Notes: a model not told the origin generated them from the sequence alone. Shown: positions 12,772 to 24,091, numbered from the whole stretch's first letter. The stretch is DNA of 60,225 bases, filler included, from Sphacelaria rigidula (GCA_964200075.2; 7 parts of 7 records of this genome joined end to end with filler, not necessarily neighbours in it); one strand, 5' to 3'. Numbers and translations: made by a program.

Positions 12772-13333
12772 GTAAACGTCGTTCTTTCGTCCTTGCCTGC
12801 AGCACGTGTAGAGTTCGAAACACCTGCTATATTTCCTGATACGTGCGTCAGCTACTCCATCGCGCGCTCTTCTTTGGTTCAATTAATGCACGAAACGAAC
12901 TTGCCATGGTGAGTGTTGGAAACGCACTTGTTCAAAGCTGTGCGATGCAGCTTGCAGCAGTAGCATCGATTGTAGTTCTAGTGTGGAAATCACTGACGTA
13001 TTAGTCCTTGGTGTCTCTTCAACATAAACAATTTTTCTCAAGGTAACTTCTCACGCAGGACGTTGGTGACGTTCAGTTACCATCTGACATCATTCAAATT
13101 GCCGGTTCACCTGCGGGTGCTGTCGATCCGGTGGTGCAGAATTGAATAATCGCCTGCCATTTCTTGTTGACTGCCTGCACGTAACCAACTGCTCGTGATG
13201 TTCTATGACGTGTCAAGGACCACACCCAGAACCCCACGTATTTGAATATTGCCGCGGAACGCCGCTGAGCTCTTCCCTCAAATCCCTCAACCGCGGCGAT
13301 CGTCCAATCGTTGCTTTGCCGTTGACGATTCAG

Positions 13334-13538
13334 ATGGCCAACAAGCTATCGGCGCTGGATACGATTGCTGGTGCTGTGCGCGTGACGCGATTTGCTCACT
13401 CGAACATGTCCGGCTACGATTCGACCGGTATCAACACCGAAGACTTCAAGATGGAATACGTGGTGAACTTTGAGGGGGCAGGGAGGCCCAGTGATCTACC
13501 GTTAATGTCTTTCGAGCGATTGGACTCGGTGGATTGCG
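13334..13538 (+). CDS. FN3/EVQ protein exon g (MANKLSALDTIAGAVRVTR...YVVNF...DLPLM...DC)
   Basis: CAG acceptor and GTAAGC donor; phase 0/1. Second half of the EVQ-type domain. Confidence 0.9.
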
Positions 13539-14479
13539 GTAAGCATTGTTGCGTGCTTGCCTCAGTTGTTATTTTTGCGGAAATCAGCTAGCATGTTCTC
13601 CACAAGTTGATGTTACTCGACGTTTTTACCCGCTGTTGCCTGGCTAAGTATCAAGCTCTTCCCCTAGACTGACGTTGAAACAGAGTTTTCCTATGGTAGA
13701 AGCGGAGTGAATTGCTACCCGAAACAAGGGATTCATACGTGTGATGTACAACAACGCACTTGAGGTGCCTCGTTGAGGTGATAAAGGGATGTTAAATCGC
13801 GGACATGTTCCTTAATCCCTGTGCCAAGCCACGCTAAATATCATTTACTGCTTCAGAACCTTCTCAAAGCGGTTTCCTCGGACAGCGATTTTAACGAAAC
13901 ACACGCCCCTCTTACAGCGGAGAATCTCAAAATTGCATCGACAACGGCCGCACGGTTGAATCACGGTTGGCCATGTTTTCCCCAGCTTGTTTTCTCCAAC
14001 TGAGCTAAGGAGAACTCATAACCATTCGCATGCCAACTAAAATTTTGTTGATGTCATTACCATCTGCTTAATTCTACAGCTAGAGTTAGCTTTGACTCTT
14101 CAGTATTGTTTCCACCCAGATCTACGAAGCATTCACGTGTGGCGAAGACTTCATTGCTGACTGATGGCATTTGGTAGGAATTCACGTCGATCATTTTGCC
14201 CACAAGTACCAAGTATCCATGAAGGTTTGCCTTTTTCATTTTCTATCCACACAACGTCAATTTTGCCTGAATCTCGACAGAGTCGTTCCCGAGTTATGAA
14301 ACGGAAAATGTTGTTAGTGCAGCAGTTAAGAGCCGCAAACCAAAACATCACCGAGAAGCAAGTTACCGCAGAGCTGAGGAAGTTGGACTCTAATTTTCCG
14401 GTCGTGAAACCCGCTTCAGAATATGTTCAAGTCACACAGCTCGCGATGAACAACCACTCTTGACGTTCGTGCCCTTCAG

Positions 14480-14645
14480 GAAATGTTTCGGTATCGGAGC
14501 TTGTGGCGGGTAAGGCTGAACCGGCATACGATTTGAGCGTTGTCCCGTCTCTGAGACCCCCCTCTTCGCCTTCGGCGGTCAACATTACGGCGGTGTCTAC
14601 AGCTTCTCTCGGCGTTTACTGGTCGCCACCTATGTATGATGGCGG
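14480..14645 (+). CDS. FN3/EVQ protein exon h (GNVSVSELVAG...PSSPSAVNITAVSTASLGVYWSPPMYDG)
   Basis: CAG acceptor and GTGAGC donor; phase 1/2. FN3 N-half with W.PP..DGG. Not present in the ORF track. Confidence 0.9.
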
Positions 14646-16024
14646 GTGAGCAGCATCCGTTGGACGTTGTGTCGTCGCTAAGGTTTCTGCTCGCTCGTTT
14701 CCTGAAAATGCGCTCTTTTAGCTGCACCTTAGTAGCTCATATGGTCAGTAAGGGGGTGATGTAAACTCTTCGGCCACAAACACGTCGATGGCATATGCTG
14801 GTCCCCATCCATGAAAAGCGGACATCCACGAGGCAGCGATCGGTCTGTTTGCGGTCCGCAGGCGGTCAGACCGTCATGCTGTGGGTTGCCAACCCGGCAT
14901 ACACGTCATGACGAGACCCTGCGTTTTGCATGTACTGTATAGTTACTTGAGCAATGAGGTTGGCGGGGAAGGTTTTCGACAGCACTTTGATGGAGCTTGG
15001 ACTTTTAGGGGCCACACAATGGTTGGATCCCTGGTGTAGCGATGTCTCCGTTCGCTCGGTATCTTCAAACCCCCGCCTACAACAGTGTGTGATTCGTTCA
15101 GGCACACTACGGTCGTGCGTCGCAAAATGTGTGCCCGAAACTGTTTCTGCGCCCTAAATAAATAGTTCAGTACCACTATGTAGATGATTCATGTGCGTGA
15201 TTTTATTCCTAAACTAGGCATTCGTGTTCCACGAAGTGGGCCTGTGCCGTTGACCGATTTTCTTGAAAGCGGACCGTCGACTGAACAAAGCAGTAGCCTG
15301 CCCTTGGAAAGAAACCCCTATTGAAAAATGGATCTCTTGCGGGCCCGGTTGCTACCTTGTTAGTTTATATCGCTCGTGACATACATTCAACGCTTTGGAT
15401 CCTTCCTTGATATTGCCGAAATTTCGTGAAGCACCATGTCGAGTGTCAGCAAATTATAGCCAGGTACTACGCTCGGCGTCCTCAACCCGTTGACCACGTA
15501 GACGCCAAGCTAGACGCCAGGAGCATAGAATTTGTTGGGGGGTGTCAGGATAATTTTCCGGGGGAGAGAGAACGCCTACGTAAAAGAGGTCGTTTTCACG
15601 CATGTGTTGCGCGTCGTATCTATTCGGTCATCATCTACGAGCAGTACAGCGGAACAGCAGCGATCATCCCGCGAGCAGCGCATGTGGTTAGCGCATACTG
15701 TAAGTGAGAAACGAAGGTACAAGCCGTGCACACCTCCCTCAACCGCAGCAGACGGCTACTGCACGCTCATTGGCTAAATGGGATAGTCTTGTGCAATGTA
15801 CGCTAACCGCCCGGGGTCATTTAGCGTCCGTCGACATATGCAGAAGCCATTCTGCACGCGCCGCGAAACTGGCAGCGAACGAACTCAGAACAAGTGGCAT
15901 GCGCGACTTCAGATGTAAAACTATTGACCGACACCGCATGCAACGTCAACTCGATACCAGCGAGTGTGTGGAGTACTTCGTTAAGATACTGACACCACCA
16001 CATCACAATTTTATGCTACGCCAG

Positions 16025-16154
16025 GTCGAGTGTGAGCAAATATCTGGTGCAGTGGGACAAGGAGGAGAATTTCGACCGCTCTTACGCTGGAGGTGACGTA
16101 TCACACTCGGACGCATCAGGCTGGAGCTCCGTGGTGACAGATACACAATATCAG
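16025..16154 (+). CDS. FN3/EVQ protein exon i (GSSVSKYLVQWDKEENF...TDTQYQ); gene continues beyond the contig
   Basis: CAG acceptor and CAG|GT donor; phase 2/0. FN3 Y-L-V-Q-W-D strand. Confidence 0.9.
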
Positions 16155-17138
16155 GTACTACAATCAGTTGAAGTTAACTTGGAAACAAGCTGTCTCGTGC
16201 GAGTCATGATATCTAGAGAACAACTTTTTCCTGGAGGATACTCGAAGAATGTGAACAAACTTGGCAATGAAGAGCGCAGCAACACCTTGGTTCACACGAA
16301 TGAAGTGCGCACAAAAGGGTAGGAGCACCTTGTCTCCTACAGTACTCAAGAAACACAAAGATCATTTTCCCGTTGATCCCTGATAGAACAGCGGCTGCCA
16401 TATAATATCCTATTTTTCAGGCGTCCCAGAGGGTTACCTGATTGCGTTTGGTGTATACTATCGTCTTCGATGTATACCTACCATGTTCCACACTTCCATC
16501 ATCCCTGTCACAGAGCATTGGTTATTGCCACCAAAACTTCGTTTAGTCAAAAAAGGATGCGTGCCGCAGCTACGCAGTCGAGGCAAGTCGTCCTCACTCC
16601 TATTTGAGAGCTCACAGACCTCGCACTGCTTCTCTCACACTCGTTTTGCTAGCTGTTGTCGTTCGGTACTGTACGGGGAACTACTATCCATGCACGTAGA
16701 AAACGTCACTGGCGAAGGGTGCGGCGAAACAGCAAGCGAAACGTTCGCCGAATACGGCAAATTGTACCTACCCTCGAGACGCAGGTCATAGCAGGATCAA
16801 GGATAAAGGTTTATTATTGATAGCTCACCCAAGACTCCCTGCCCCGTAGTGTTTCAGCCACGATCTTCTAGTTTTGGCAGTCGTGTGACATACTTCCTCT
16901 GTCCCATAAGTCTGTATCGTTATGGACGTTTAATCGTGTGGGTATTTCAATGCTCACGACCATGCTACAGTTGGGCTCCTTAGAGAGATAACGTACAGAC
17001 GAAGCTGACTGAGAAAAAAAAAAGAAAAAAAAAATGTTTTCAATACTAAAATCATATCAAAATATACCCCATTTTGGCCCTTTTGTGTCCACTTATACCC
17101 CGATGTTGATCGAGTTTGGACGTTTTGACGTCGAGCAC

Positions 17139-17238
17139 NNNNNNNNNNNNNNNNNNNNNNNNNNNNNNNNNNNNNNNNNNNNTTAATTAATTAANNNNNN
17201 NNNNNNNNNNNNNNNNNNNNNNNNNNNNNNNNNNNNNN
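17139..17238. other. Artificial contig spacer
   Basis: N44-TTAATTAATTAA-N44. Confidence 0.99.
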
Positions 17239-17730
17239 CACAATCCCTGGGAGCGGTTGGTTCTCATTTCAAAATACGTTCTCATTTTTCTGGCAACCCT
17301 GTTATGCGCTGGTGACGATGCTGTATGCGGGATTTGCCCAGCAGCTGACACTGCTCACAATAAATCTCTTTTCCCCAATCTCTGGATGAATCGGAGGGAA
17401 AAGTATGTATTTATTTCGAGCTTCTTCTGCTGTTCAAATTCCGAATCTGCCAGTGTGCATGGGATTTGCGCAGCAGAAGAAGCTGTTCGAAATACATCCT
17501 TTTTTCGCTCATTTCAAAAATAGGCGAAAAAAGGATCGATCTTGAACAGCTTTTTCTGCTGTTCGAAATAAATCCTTTCTTTTGCCGAAATAAATTGGGC
17601 GAAAAAAGGATCTATTTTGAATAGCTTGTCCCGCTGTCCAAAATAAATTCCTCTTCGCTCAATTCAAATTGGGTGAAGAGGAATTTACCTCGGACAGGAG
17701 GACAAGCTATTTATTGAAAATATATAAATT

Positions 17731-17933
17731 CACAGACTTTGTTCCAAAATATTTGGAATTAAAGAAAAAAAACGTCAGGGTTTTTTACCAAAACACTACC
17801 ACAGGACTGTGCAGGGCTTTGCCGACATGCCTACACAGGGCTGCAAATCTAACCCTGGAGAAAACCCCATCAAAACGCTACGAGGGGTACAGATTTGGCT
17901 TTTCACTGTCAGGGTTTTTTCACAAAGACTGTG
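17731..17933. mobile_element. Possible MITE with CACAG-type termini
   Basis: CACAGACTTTGT ... ACAAAGACTGTG imperfect TIR, with an internal repeated TCAGGGTTTTTT. No TSD seen. Confidence 0.35.
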
Positions 17934-17992
17934 GAGGACCCTGTACGGACCCTGCACAGTGCGCCCCACAGGGTGCTATCTGTCCACGGGTG

Positions 17993-18351
17993 CTGCTTTC
18001 ACCGGCCCATCGATTTCCAGAGTACGGACAGTAGTCTGTCCTCGTTTTTACGTGTTGAACTCTACGGCGCGGCTCAGCACTTGACTGAGTGCAGAATGTT
18101 TCCTCTGCTTTCACCGGCCCATCGATTTCCAGAGTACAGACAGGCTGTCCTCGTTTCTACCTGTTGAACTTTGCGGCGCGGCCCAGCACTTGACTCAGTG
18201 CAGAATTTTCCCTGCTTTCACCGACACATCGATTTCAGAGTACAGGCAGTAGGCTGTCCTTGTTTCTACCTGTCTGGGCTTGCGCCGCGGCACAGCATTT
18301 GACTGAGTGCGGCATTTTCCCTGCTTTTACCGGCACATCGTTTTACAGAGT
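17993..18351 (+). repeat. ~110-bp tandem repeat, ~3.3 copies
   Basis: Units beginning CTGCTTT(C/T)ACCG..CATCG start at 17993, 18105, 18212 and 18321. Confidence 0.92.
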
Positions 18352-18604
18352 GAGTCATCCTACGATAGGGGGGGGGGGGGATTTTGGGCCACTTCTTGCA
18401 CGAAATCCCAAGGCAAATCGCCGGTGAAATCAGCAACGGTTGCTCGAACGAGCTTGTTATAGATCCATGATGCCCATTCATACCGATTGACACCGTTTTG
18501 AACCAAATACAAGCGCATCGCGAGTGTTGCAGGTCATCTGATACACTTATCAGCTTTTTTCCCCGTGCAATCAAACACCCCCCCCCCCTATCGTAGGATG
18601 ACCC
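18352..18604. mobile_element. 253-bp MITE with 4-bp TSD (GAGT), Sola2-like termini
   Basis: TIR GAGTCATCCTACGATAGGGGGGG / CCCCCCCTATCGTAGGATGACCC. GAGT is duplicated at 18348-18351 and 18605-18608. It interrupts the fourth tandem unit. A related TIR end lies at ~25920-25952. Confidence 0.8.
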
Positions 18605-18905
18605 GAGTATAGACAGTAAGCCGCCCCCGCCTCTACGATACACTTGTTATCGAAAAGTATACTCTTGTAGCTCGTGCTGTGGTGCCTTTAATTACTGCAT
18701 CGGATCATTGTTCCCTAATTGAAACATCCCTTCGGGCACGAGCGCCCTTTCGTCTCTTCGGTGACACACTACTGCCCTGCATTTTACGTCAGGACACTCG
18801 TGGCCCTGACCACACCTATATTCCTTCCGTCGTTTAGCTCATTGCGCCTCTTGATCGCCACATAGTCCTCATAACTGCTCTATATTGCCAGAACCGTAGA
18901 TCATT

Positions 18906-19940
18906 ATGTCGCAACCCATTAGCCCTGCTTCCTCTTCTGGTTCGGGAGGCACACGGCCCCACCGTAAACGAAGCCAAACTGTTAACCGTTCTCGCCACAT
19001 GGGCAAAGGTGGTACTTTACCTACAGCTCTACGACAACAACCTAAGAGCGCTGCTCTATCTACGGGACTTGAAGACCAGCAGCCGGCGAAGTCAAGACTG
19101 TCTCACGATGTAACATTCCGTGGCGGGTCTATATCAGACGCTGCTCTATCTACTGGACTTGACGACCGGCGGACTGCGAAGTCAAAAGTGCCTCACGATG
19201 TACCATTCCGTGGCGGCTCTACAGCAGTGGCGGCTGCAACGCCCATGTCCCACGATGTAACATGCCGTGACGATTCGATACCGGCTTGTGCTGAAGCACC
19301 CCCCTCACTGAGGTATGCTTCCACTGATGCCGTTCTGGAATCCGCGGCTAGGATGGCGCCCTTAGTTGAGCCCATAGCGGTGGGTTCTCCCCTGGCGTCC
19401 AGTTCGGAGACAATTACCCTTTCTCCGTCCCAGCCGAAGCGGCACGCTTCCGCCAATCGAAATACTGCCACGGGTGTTGCCTCTGTTGGAAGTTCTCACC
19501 CCACGACCTCTGGTGGTATAACACGCCGCACTCCGTCATCTGGGTCCGGAACCATGGTTGAGGCAAGGATTTTGGCGCTTGAGAACTCAAGCCAGGCTTC
19601 ACCTGGTTCCGCTGACGATCCTGGCACAAAACTTGCCAGCACACTCAAGATGTTCTACAATACCACGATACATACTCAGGCACGCCCCTCTTACGCGAAG
19701 ATTGTTCGCGAGGCTCTGGCGGACGCGGGGGTCGCCGCGACGGTTCCGGATCCTCCGGTGGAGGACGCCGAGGATCTAATTCTCGACGAACGGTTCGTGG
19801 CAAACAATACCCGAACTGGAAACGCACGGGATCTGGCTCGTCGGACAGCTCGTCCCGCAATCCCCGTCACAGGAACAAGTCAACGACTGACCCGCCGTCA
19901 GTCAACTCCAGAAATGTCAGGCAAGGAACACCTCGTTTAG
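18906..19940 (+). CDS. 344-aa Ser/Thr/Ala-rich intronless ORF, possibly retroelement gag/ORF1-like and truncated
   Basis: ATG-initiated long ORF with an internal 30-aa duplication (AALSTGL...HDV.FRGGS) and a short EARILALE coiled-coil-like segment. Its stop lies in the loop of the foldback. No recognisable domain. Confidence 0.5.
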   Translation: MSQPISPASSSGSGGTRPHRKRSQTVNRSRHMGKGGTLPTALRQQPKSAALSTGLEDQQPAKSRLSHDVTFRGGSISDAALSTGLDDRRTAKSKVPHDVPFRGGSTAVAAATPMSHDVTCRDDSIPACAEAPPSLRYASTDAVLESAARMAPLVEPIAVGSPLASSSETITLSPSQPKRHASANRNTATGVASVGSSHPTTSGGITRRTPSSGSGTMVEARILALENSSQASPGSADDPGTKLASTLKMFYNTTIHTQARPSYAKIVREALADAGVAATVPDPPVEDAEDLILDERFVANNTRTGNARDLARRTARPAIPVTGTSQRLTRRQSTPEMSGKEHLV

Positions 19941-20154
19941 CTTATGTTTCTTGCCTGACATTAATGGAGTTAACTGACGGCGGATCAGTCGTTGACGTAT
20001 TCCTGTGACGGGGATTGCGGGACGAGCTATCCGACGAGCCAGATCCCGTGCGTTTCCAGTTCGGGTATTGTTCGCCAAGAACCGTTCGTCGAGAGTTAGA
20101 TACTCGGCGTCCTGAAAGAATCCGGAACCGTCGCGGCGACCCCCGCGTCCGCCA
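19717..20154. repeat. Long inverted repeat (~210-bp arms, 14-nt loop)
   Basis: 19717-19930 is the near-perfect reverse complement of 19945-20154. Confidence 0.97.
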
Positions 20155-21571
20155 CCTTGCCGGTCATCATGGTCGCCGCGGTATCTAGCGCAACATCGAT
20201 CACACCCACGACGTCCACGCACCGCTTTGAACCACGCCCCTTCACTGCAAAATTTCTTCCCTGTTTAGTATTTTGCCCTCCCTTCTTCGCTAGGGCCCGA
20301 CTCTACGACATACACATCAGGACTACTTACATCGGACTACGATCGAACACTACTAGGAGCCACCAACCATCTACGACTACTGGACTACTAGGAGCTACCA
20401 ACCATCTACGCCTACTGAAGCTCAAGTACTCCCCTTTTTGGCTGGCGCTCCATCTCGTTGGATCACCGATTTCAGACTTGCCGGGGGTTTTGTTTCCTTT
20501 GGAAATCCCCCAGGTAGAAGCTCTGCTCCCTGTTGTACCACCCAGGTTTTCCCCTTTGTTTTGCTAGAACGTCGAAGCAATTTGTGCTTCTTCGTTGATC
20601 GCTCGCACGCAGAAGTACTTTGTGCTCCCGCGTTTCGAAGCAGTTTTTCTGCTCCTCACAGCAGTATATGCTTCCCGTATTTCGAAGTGTGGGAGTGTGG
20701 GTACGGAAATATTTCTTTAGGTGTGCCTTGTAAGCCACTCATGACTGTACGAGTAAAGAAAAACCTTAATTTTCGCTGTTTTTGGGGATAAATCCTCGCA
20801 GCTGTAAAAAAGGTTCGTCTGGGTAGGTTAGTGTCATGAGGGCCACATTAACCTGTTGTCATGCCGCCTCTGACCCGTTGTCGGATCTAGCTAGAGTGCA
20901 TGGCATTTCAGGTTCTCTCAAGACTGCAGGTCTGTTCAGAGTTGATCAGATACGAGTATGAACTCGTATATAGCGAGGGATGATAGCCGACGGGTTCGCC
21001 CGTGATGAGCACAACGCTTCATCCCGACAAGGACACTCCCACATCTTTGGTGAGACTGATTGATTGAGCGAGAGAGATTCAGCGCTGAGAAGTGCTTGGG
21101 AGATCAAGGAAGTAAGCATTCGAGAAGAGATACTATCATACCTACGCGTGAAACTGATTTGATACCTCGGATACAGAACATCAGCGCCGTACAAATCGGC
21201 AGCCATCCAACAGGTGAAATCGTGAAACCGCCATGTCATCACGAAGTCCCTCCTCTTATGATGTACAATGAGAGGGTACCCTACCGGTCGGGTACCTTTC
21301 TCAAGAATTGGATGCTCACCATCATCACTTTTTCCTTTAATATATAAAACGTTTTCGCTCCGAACCCCAAGGATTGGGTTTTTATTGGTTCCGAATATTT
21401 TCCGACCGGTTGTTGGGCTATATCTTATGAAATGGTTGCATATACAAATGACATGCTGTTGCCAGGTGACTGGTGCAGGTGTACGATGGCCGTTAAGTAT
21501 TGTGAATCTCATACCAAGGGAAGCTTCGAGCAGGAACTTGACCCTTAGACGAGGAGAGTAGGTCATCGGTT

Positions 21572-21986
21572 GAATCGGCATCAACTTAACTTGAAAATGG
21601 TATGCGTGATACAGATGGACTACCCTCGCGGTCTAAGGGTTAACCCTTAGCCCGTGATTCGGGCGTGTGTATTGTCGTCCATTTGTTTTTGGTACTCCAT
21701 CTTCCTTCTGCGGCGCTTGCCCTTCCTTTTTGATCGCGAGAGGGGTTCAGCAGTCCCTTTCCCTCGTCGACCAATCAAGTCGAATTCTGTGTACCCCCGA
21801 CATAGTCGCTATCCACTGTTGGCCATGGTGTGAGAAAAAATCCCAGATCGCTCCAAAATTTGAACCCACGATCCAACCGTCAGAAGATTCCGAGGTTACC
21901 AACTGACCCACCGGGGCGACCGCCGCGGTGCGGGTAGTCCATCTGGATCACGCATACTTTCTTCAAGTGAAAATTGATGCCGATTC
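21572..21986. repeat. ~55-bp imperfect inverted repeats enclosing a SINE
   Basis: GAATCGGCATCAA...ATGGACTACCC (21572-21625) vs GGGTAGTCCAT...TTGATGCCGATTC (21932-21986). Confidence 0.8.
21743..21921 (-). mobile_element. tRNA-derived SINE
   Basis: Minus strand reads GTCGCCCCGGTGGGTCAGTTGGTA (A-box-like) ... GTGGGTTCAAAT (B-box-like), followed by a non-tRNA body. It does not close a cloverleaf. Confidence 0.7.
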
Positions 21987-22809
21987 CGCAGGTGGCCTAC
22001 CCTCGCGGTCTATATAAAAAGGACCTGAAGAAATGTTCGTAGATAGTGTTTGATGGGGAACATCATTGAATGTTATAGACAAACACTAACACTAACGCCG
22101 ACCCAAGGCGCACGAGACCCTTGGGCGAGAAGGATGCATAGTTTCTCCCAGGCGAAGTGTGCGTTGGCAGACTTCGGATCGTCGCGGCGGGCTCCGATTT
22201 CGACAAAAACACGTTCTGGACGAGCTGGGTCCACTGCTCACCTGCCCCAAACCAGTTTTTTAGAACCTTATCAACTCTGAAATCGAGTAGTCATCCCTGT
22301 CAGCCATTGTGTACGAATATTCCATCAGGTCTACTGCTTTAAGGGTCAACGGGCCTCTTATTATGCTAGAAACGAACGTGTCGTGTAACAATTTAAAAAG
22401 GTGAATGTCACGCCGGTAGAAAAAAGATGCCACTCTCAATTGGATCTTCAACTCTCAATTTCACAAAAACATTGTTGTACGTGAAACTATGGTGCTCCAC
22501 AGACATATCAGGGGAGGGGTATCCCACCTCCGACGCCGCCATATTTTGTATGTAGGATATAGTACGAGATCGGTTATATAGGAGTTTGCATGGCGTTTGG
22601 GGTGGGGGGGGTCTAGTACTCTACCCCCCGCCTGAGAGGTCCAAAATGAAAAGTGGGAACGTAAGTGTTCGAGGAAGTGTTTTTCCTGCACCCGTGGTTG
22701 AACAGCATGTAAGCATCCACAAGGGTTCGGCGGCTCACGTCGTGACGCTCGAAGGATCGACAGCCAAGATGCATGAGAACCGATGATAAGTATATGTAAC
22801 AACGTTTTT

Positions 22810-23010
22810 GTGAGATTGAGAGTTGAGGATGCGATTGGGAGTGAAAAGCGGTCAATCAGTGAATGAGTCGTTTTAGTTCCGAAATGCCCCTCCGGGAGGC
22901 CCGATATGGCTTCCGTAGTAGCTGGTTTTCATATCCCTGAGTAGGGTATCGACGTGTAGCTGTAAGCACACGCTAGTGATAGAGGCAAAAAAAAGCACAC
23001 ACGGAATGAA
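22810..23010 (+). repeat. Interspersed repeat, copy 1
   Basis: Aligns by eye with 33241-33447 (AGTTCCGAAATGCCCCTCC; ATATCCCTGAGTAGGGTA.CGACGTGTAGCTGTAAGCACACG). Confidence 0.85.
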
Positions 23011-23042
23011 AAAATGGTCAGGTTAACCCGTTGGGGACCGGG

Positions 23043-24070
23043 CCCCCAGAACGACCAATGAGGCTCGTCAGTAATGACGTGTTTGGCGTCTGCACGAAAC
23101 AGGGGCGTGTTGCTGAAAACCCGTGTATAACACTACATTCGTGAGATTCAGAACGTAGTTTCAGATTCAGAGTGTATGCTCTAGCGTTCCTAACAGGCAA
23201 CTTTTTATTTTTTTTGCTTGAGCACACGTGCTGTGTATGCAGCTACCGTACAGTACCCCATTCGAGGAATTCGGCGGTCTGGTTGGTGAGATCCCGCACA
23301 AAGCATTTTTACGCCTGGGGGGCGTTTCGGAAGTGAAACTGTTTCAGTCACTAATCGTTTTTTTCCTGAAAGGGGGGTCTTTTGTTGCAATGGACTGACT
23401 ACGTCGTTACGATCAAGTGATGAGTCAAATTGATCGTGTAGGTGACAGCTTCCAATGAAGCGACCGCTTCACCAGCTGGGCACATTACTCCTCGAACTGT
23501 GGCGATGTCAAGATCGACGGGAAAGTCAATTGTTTCGGGTCTGACTCTGAATCTGAAACTACCCTCTGAATCTCACGAATATAGTGTTGTATGTAACCGC
23601 AGGGTTATGACGAAGACCGAAAGTTTCATGTAATCTATTTTCAGGTGCAGGGTGCGCATTACGTGGTGTACATCTGATGTAGCAAGCAGTATGGGTCGCG
23701 GTAGAGAGCTTCCAGCAGGATGCGGCGACCGGCGGGCCGCTCGCCTCTTGTTGCTTTGGATGATACTTTTGTCCCCATCACCTTGCAACACAGCCCTTTG
23801 TGGTCGGGGTGGGCCGCCATTTCTCCCATTGTTGCATGCGGCGAATTATCTTCGAAGGGTATCTGCGTTGCGGCGCGCATTCATACAACAGTATATAGTA
23901 CAGTACAGTGTAGTACGCCTCTTCGACTGAAGCAGCAGCTGCCGCTGCATACTTCCTTGCACAATTCTCAGCTACCGAGATCAACTGCCTACACACCGCT
24001 TCTTCATCCCCGCCCACTACATGCATACATGTTAACTGCACACTGCAAGTCATCCGGCGAAGGGATAAGC
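23043..24070 (+). mobile_element. Non-autonomous piggyBac-like element, interrupted by a MITE
   Basis: Starts TTAA|CCC. Homologous over several hundred bp to the reverse complement of ~46090-46683, which ends GGG|TTAA. Confidence 0.7.
23128..23589. mobile_element. 462-bp MITE with TA TSD (Tc1/mariner type)
   Basis: ~45-bp TIR (AACACTA.ATTCGTGAGATTCAGA..GTAGTTTCAGATTCAGAGT), with TA on both sides. The paralogous copy at ~46575 lacks it. Confidence 0.88.
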
Positions 24071-24091
24071 AGAATTCATGACGGTTGCTCG

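Noticed and set aside
19917..20222. Paralogous gene on the minus strand
   Set aside because: It is simply the second arm of the inverted repeat.
21845..21921. tRNA gene
   Set aside because: A- and B-box-like motifs are present, but there is no acceptor stem or full cloverleaf. It is a SINE head.
23131..23586. CACTA/EnSpm element
   Set aside because: The empty-site comparison puts the termini 3 nt further out, with a TA TSD.
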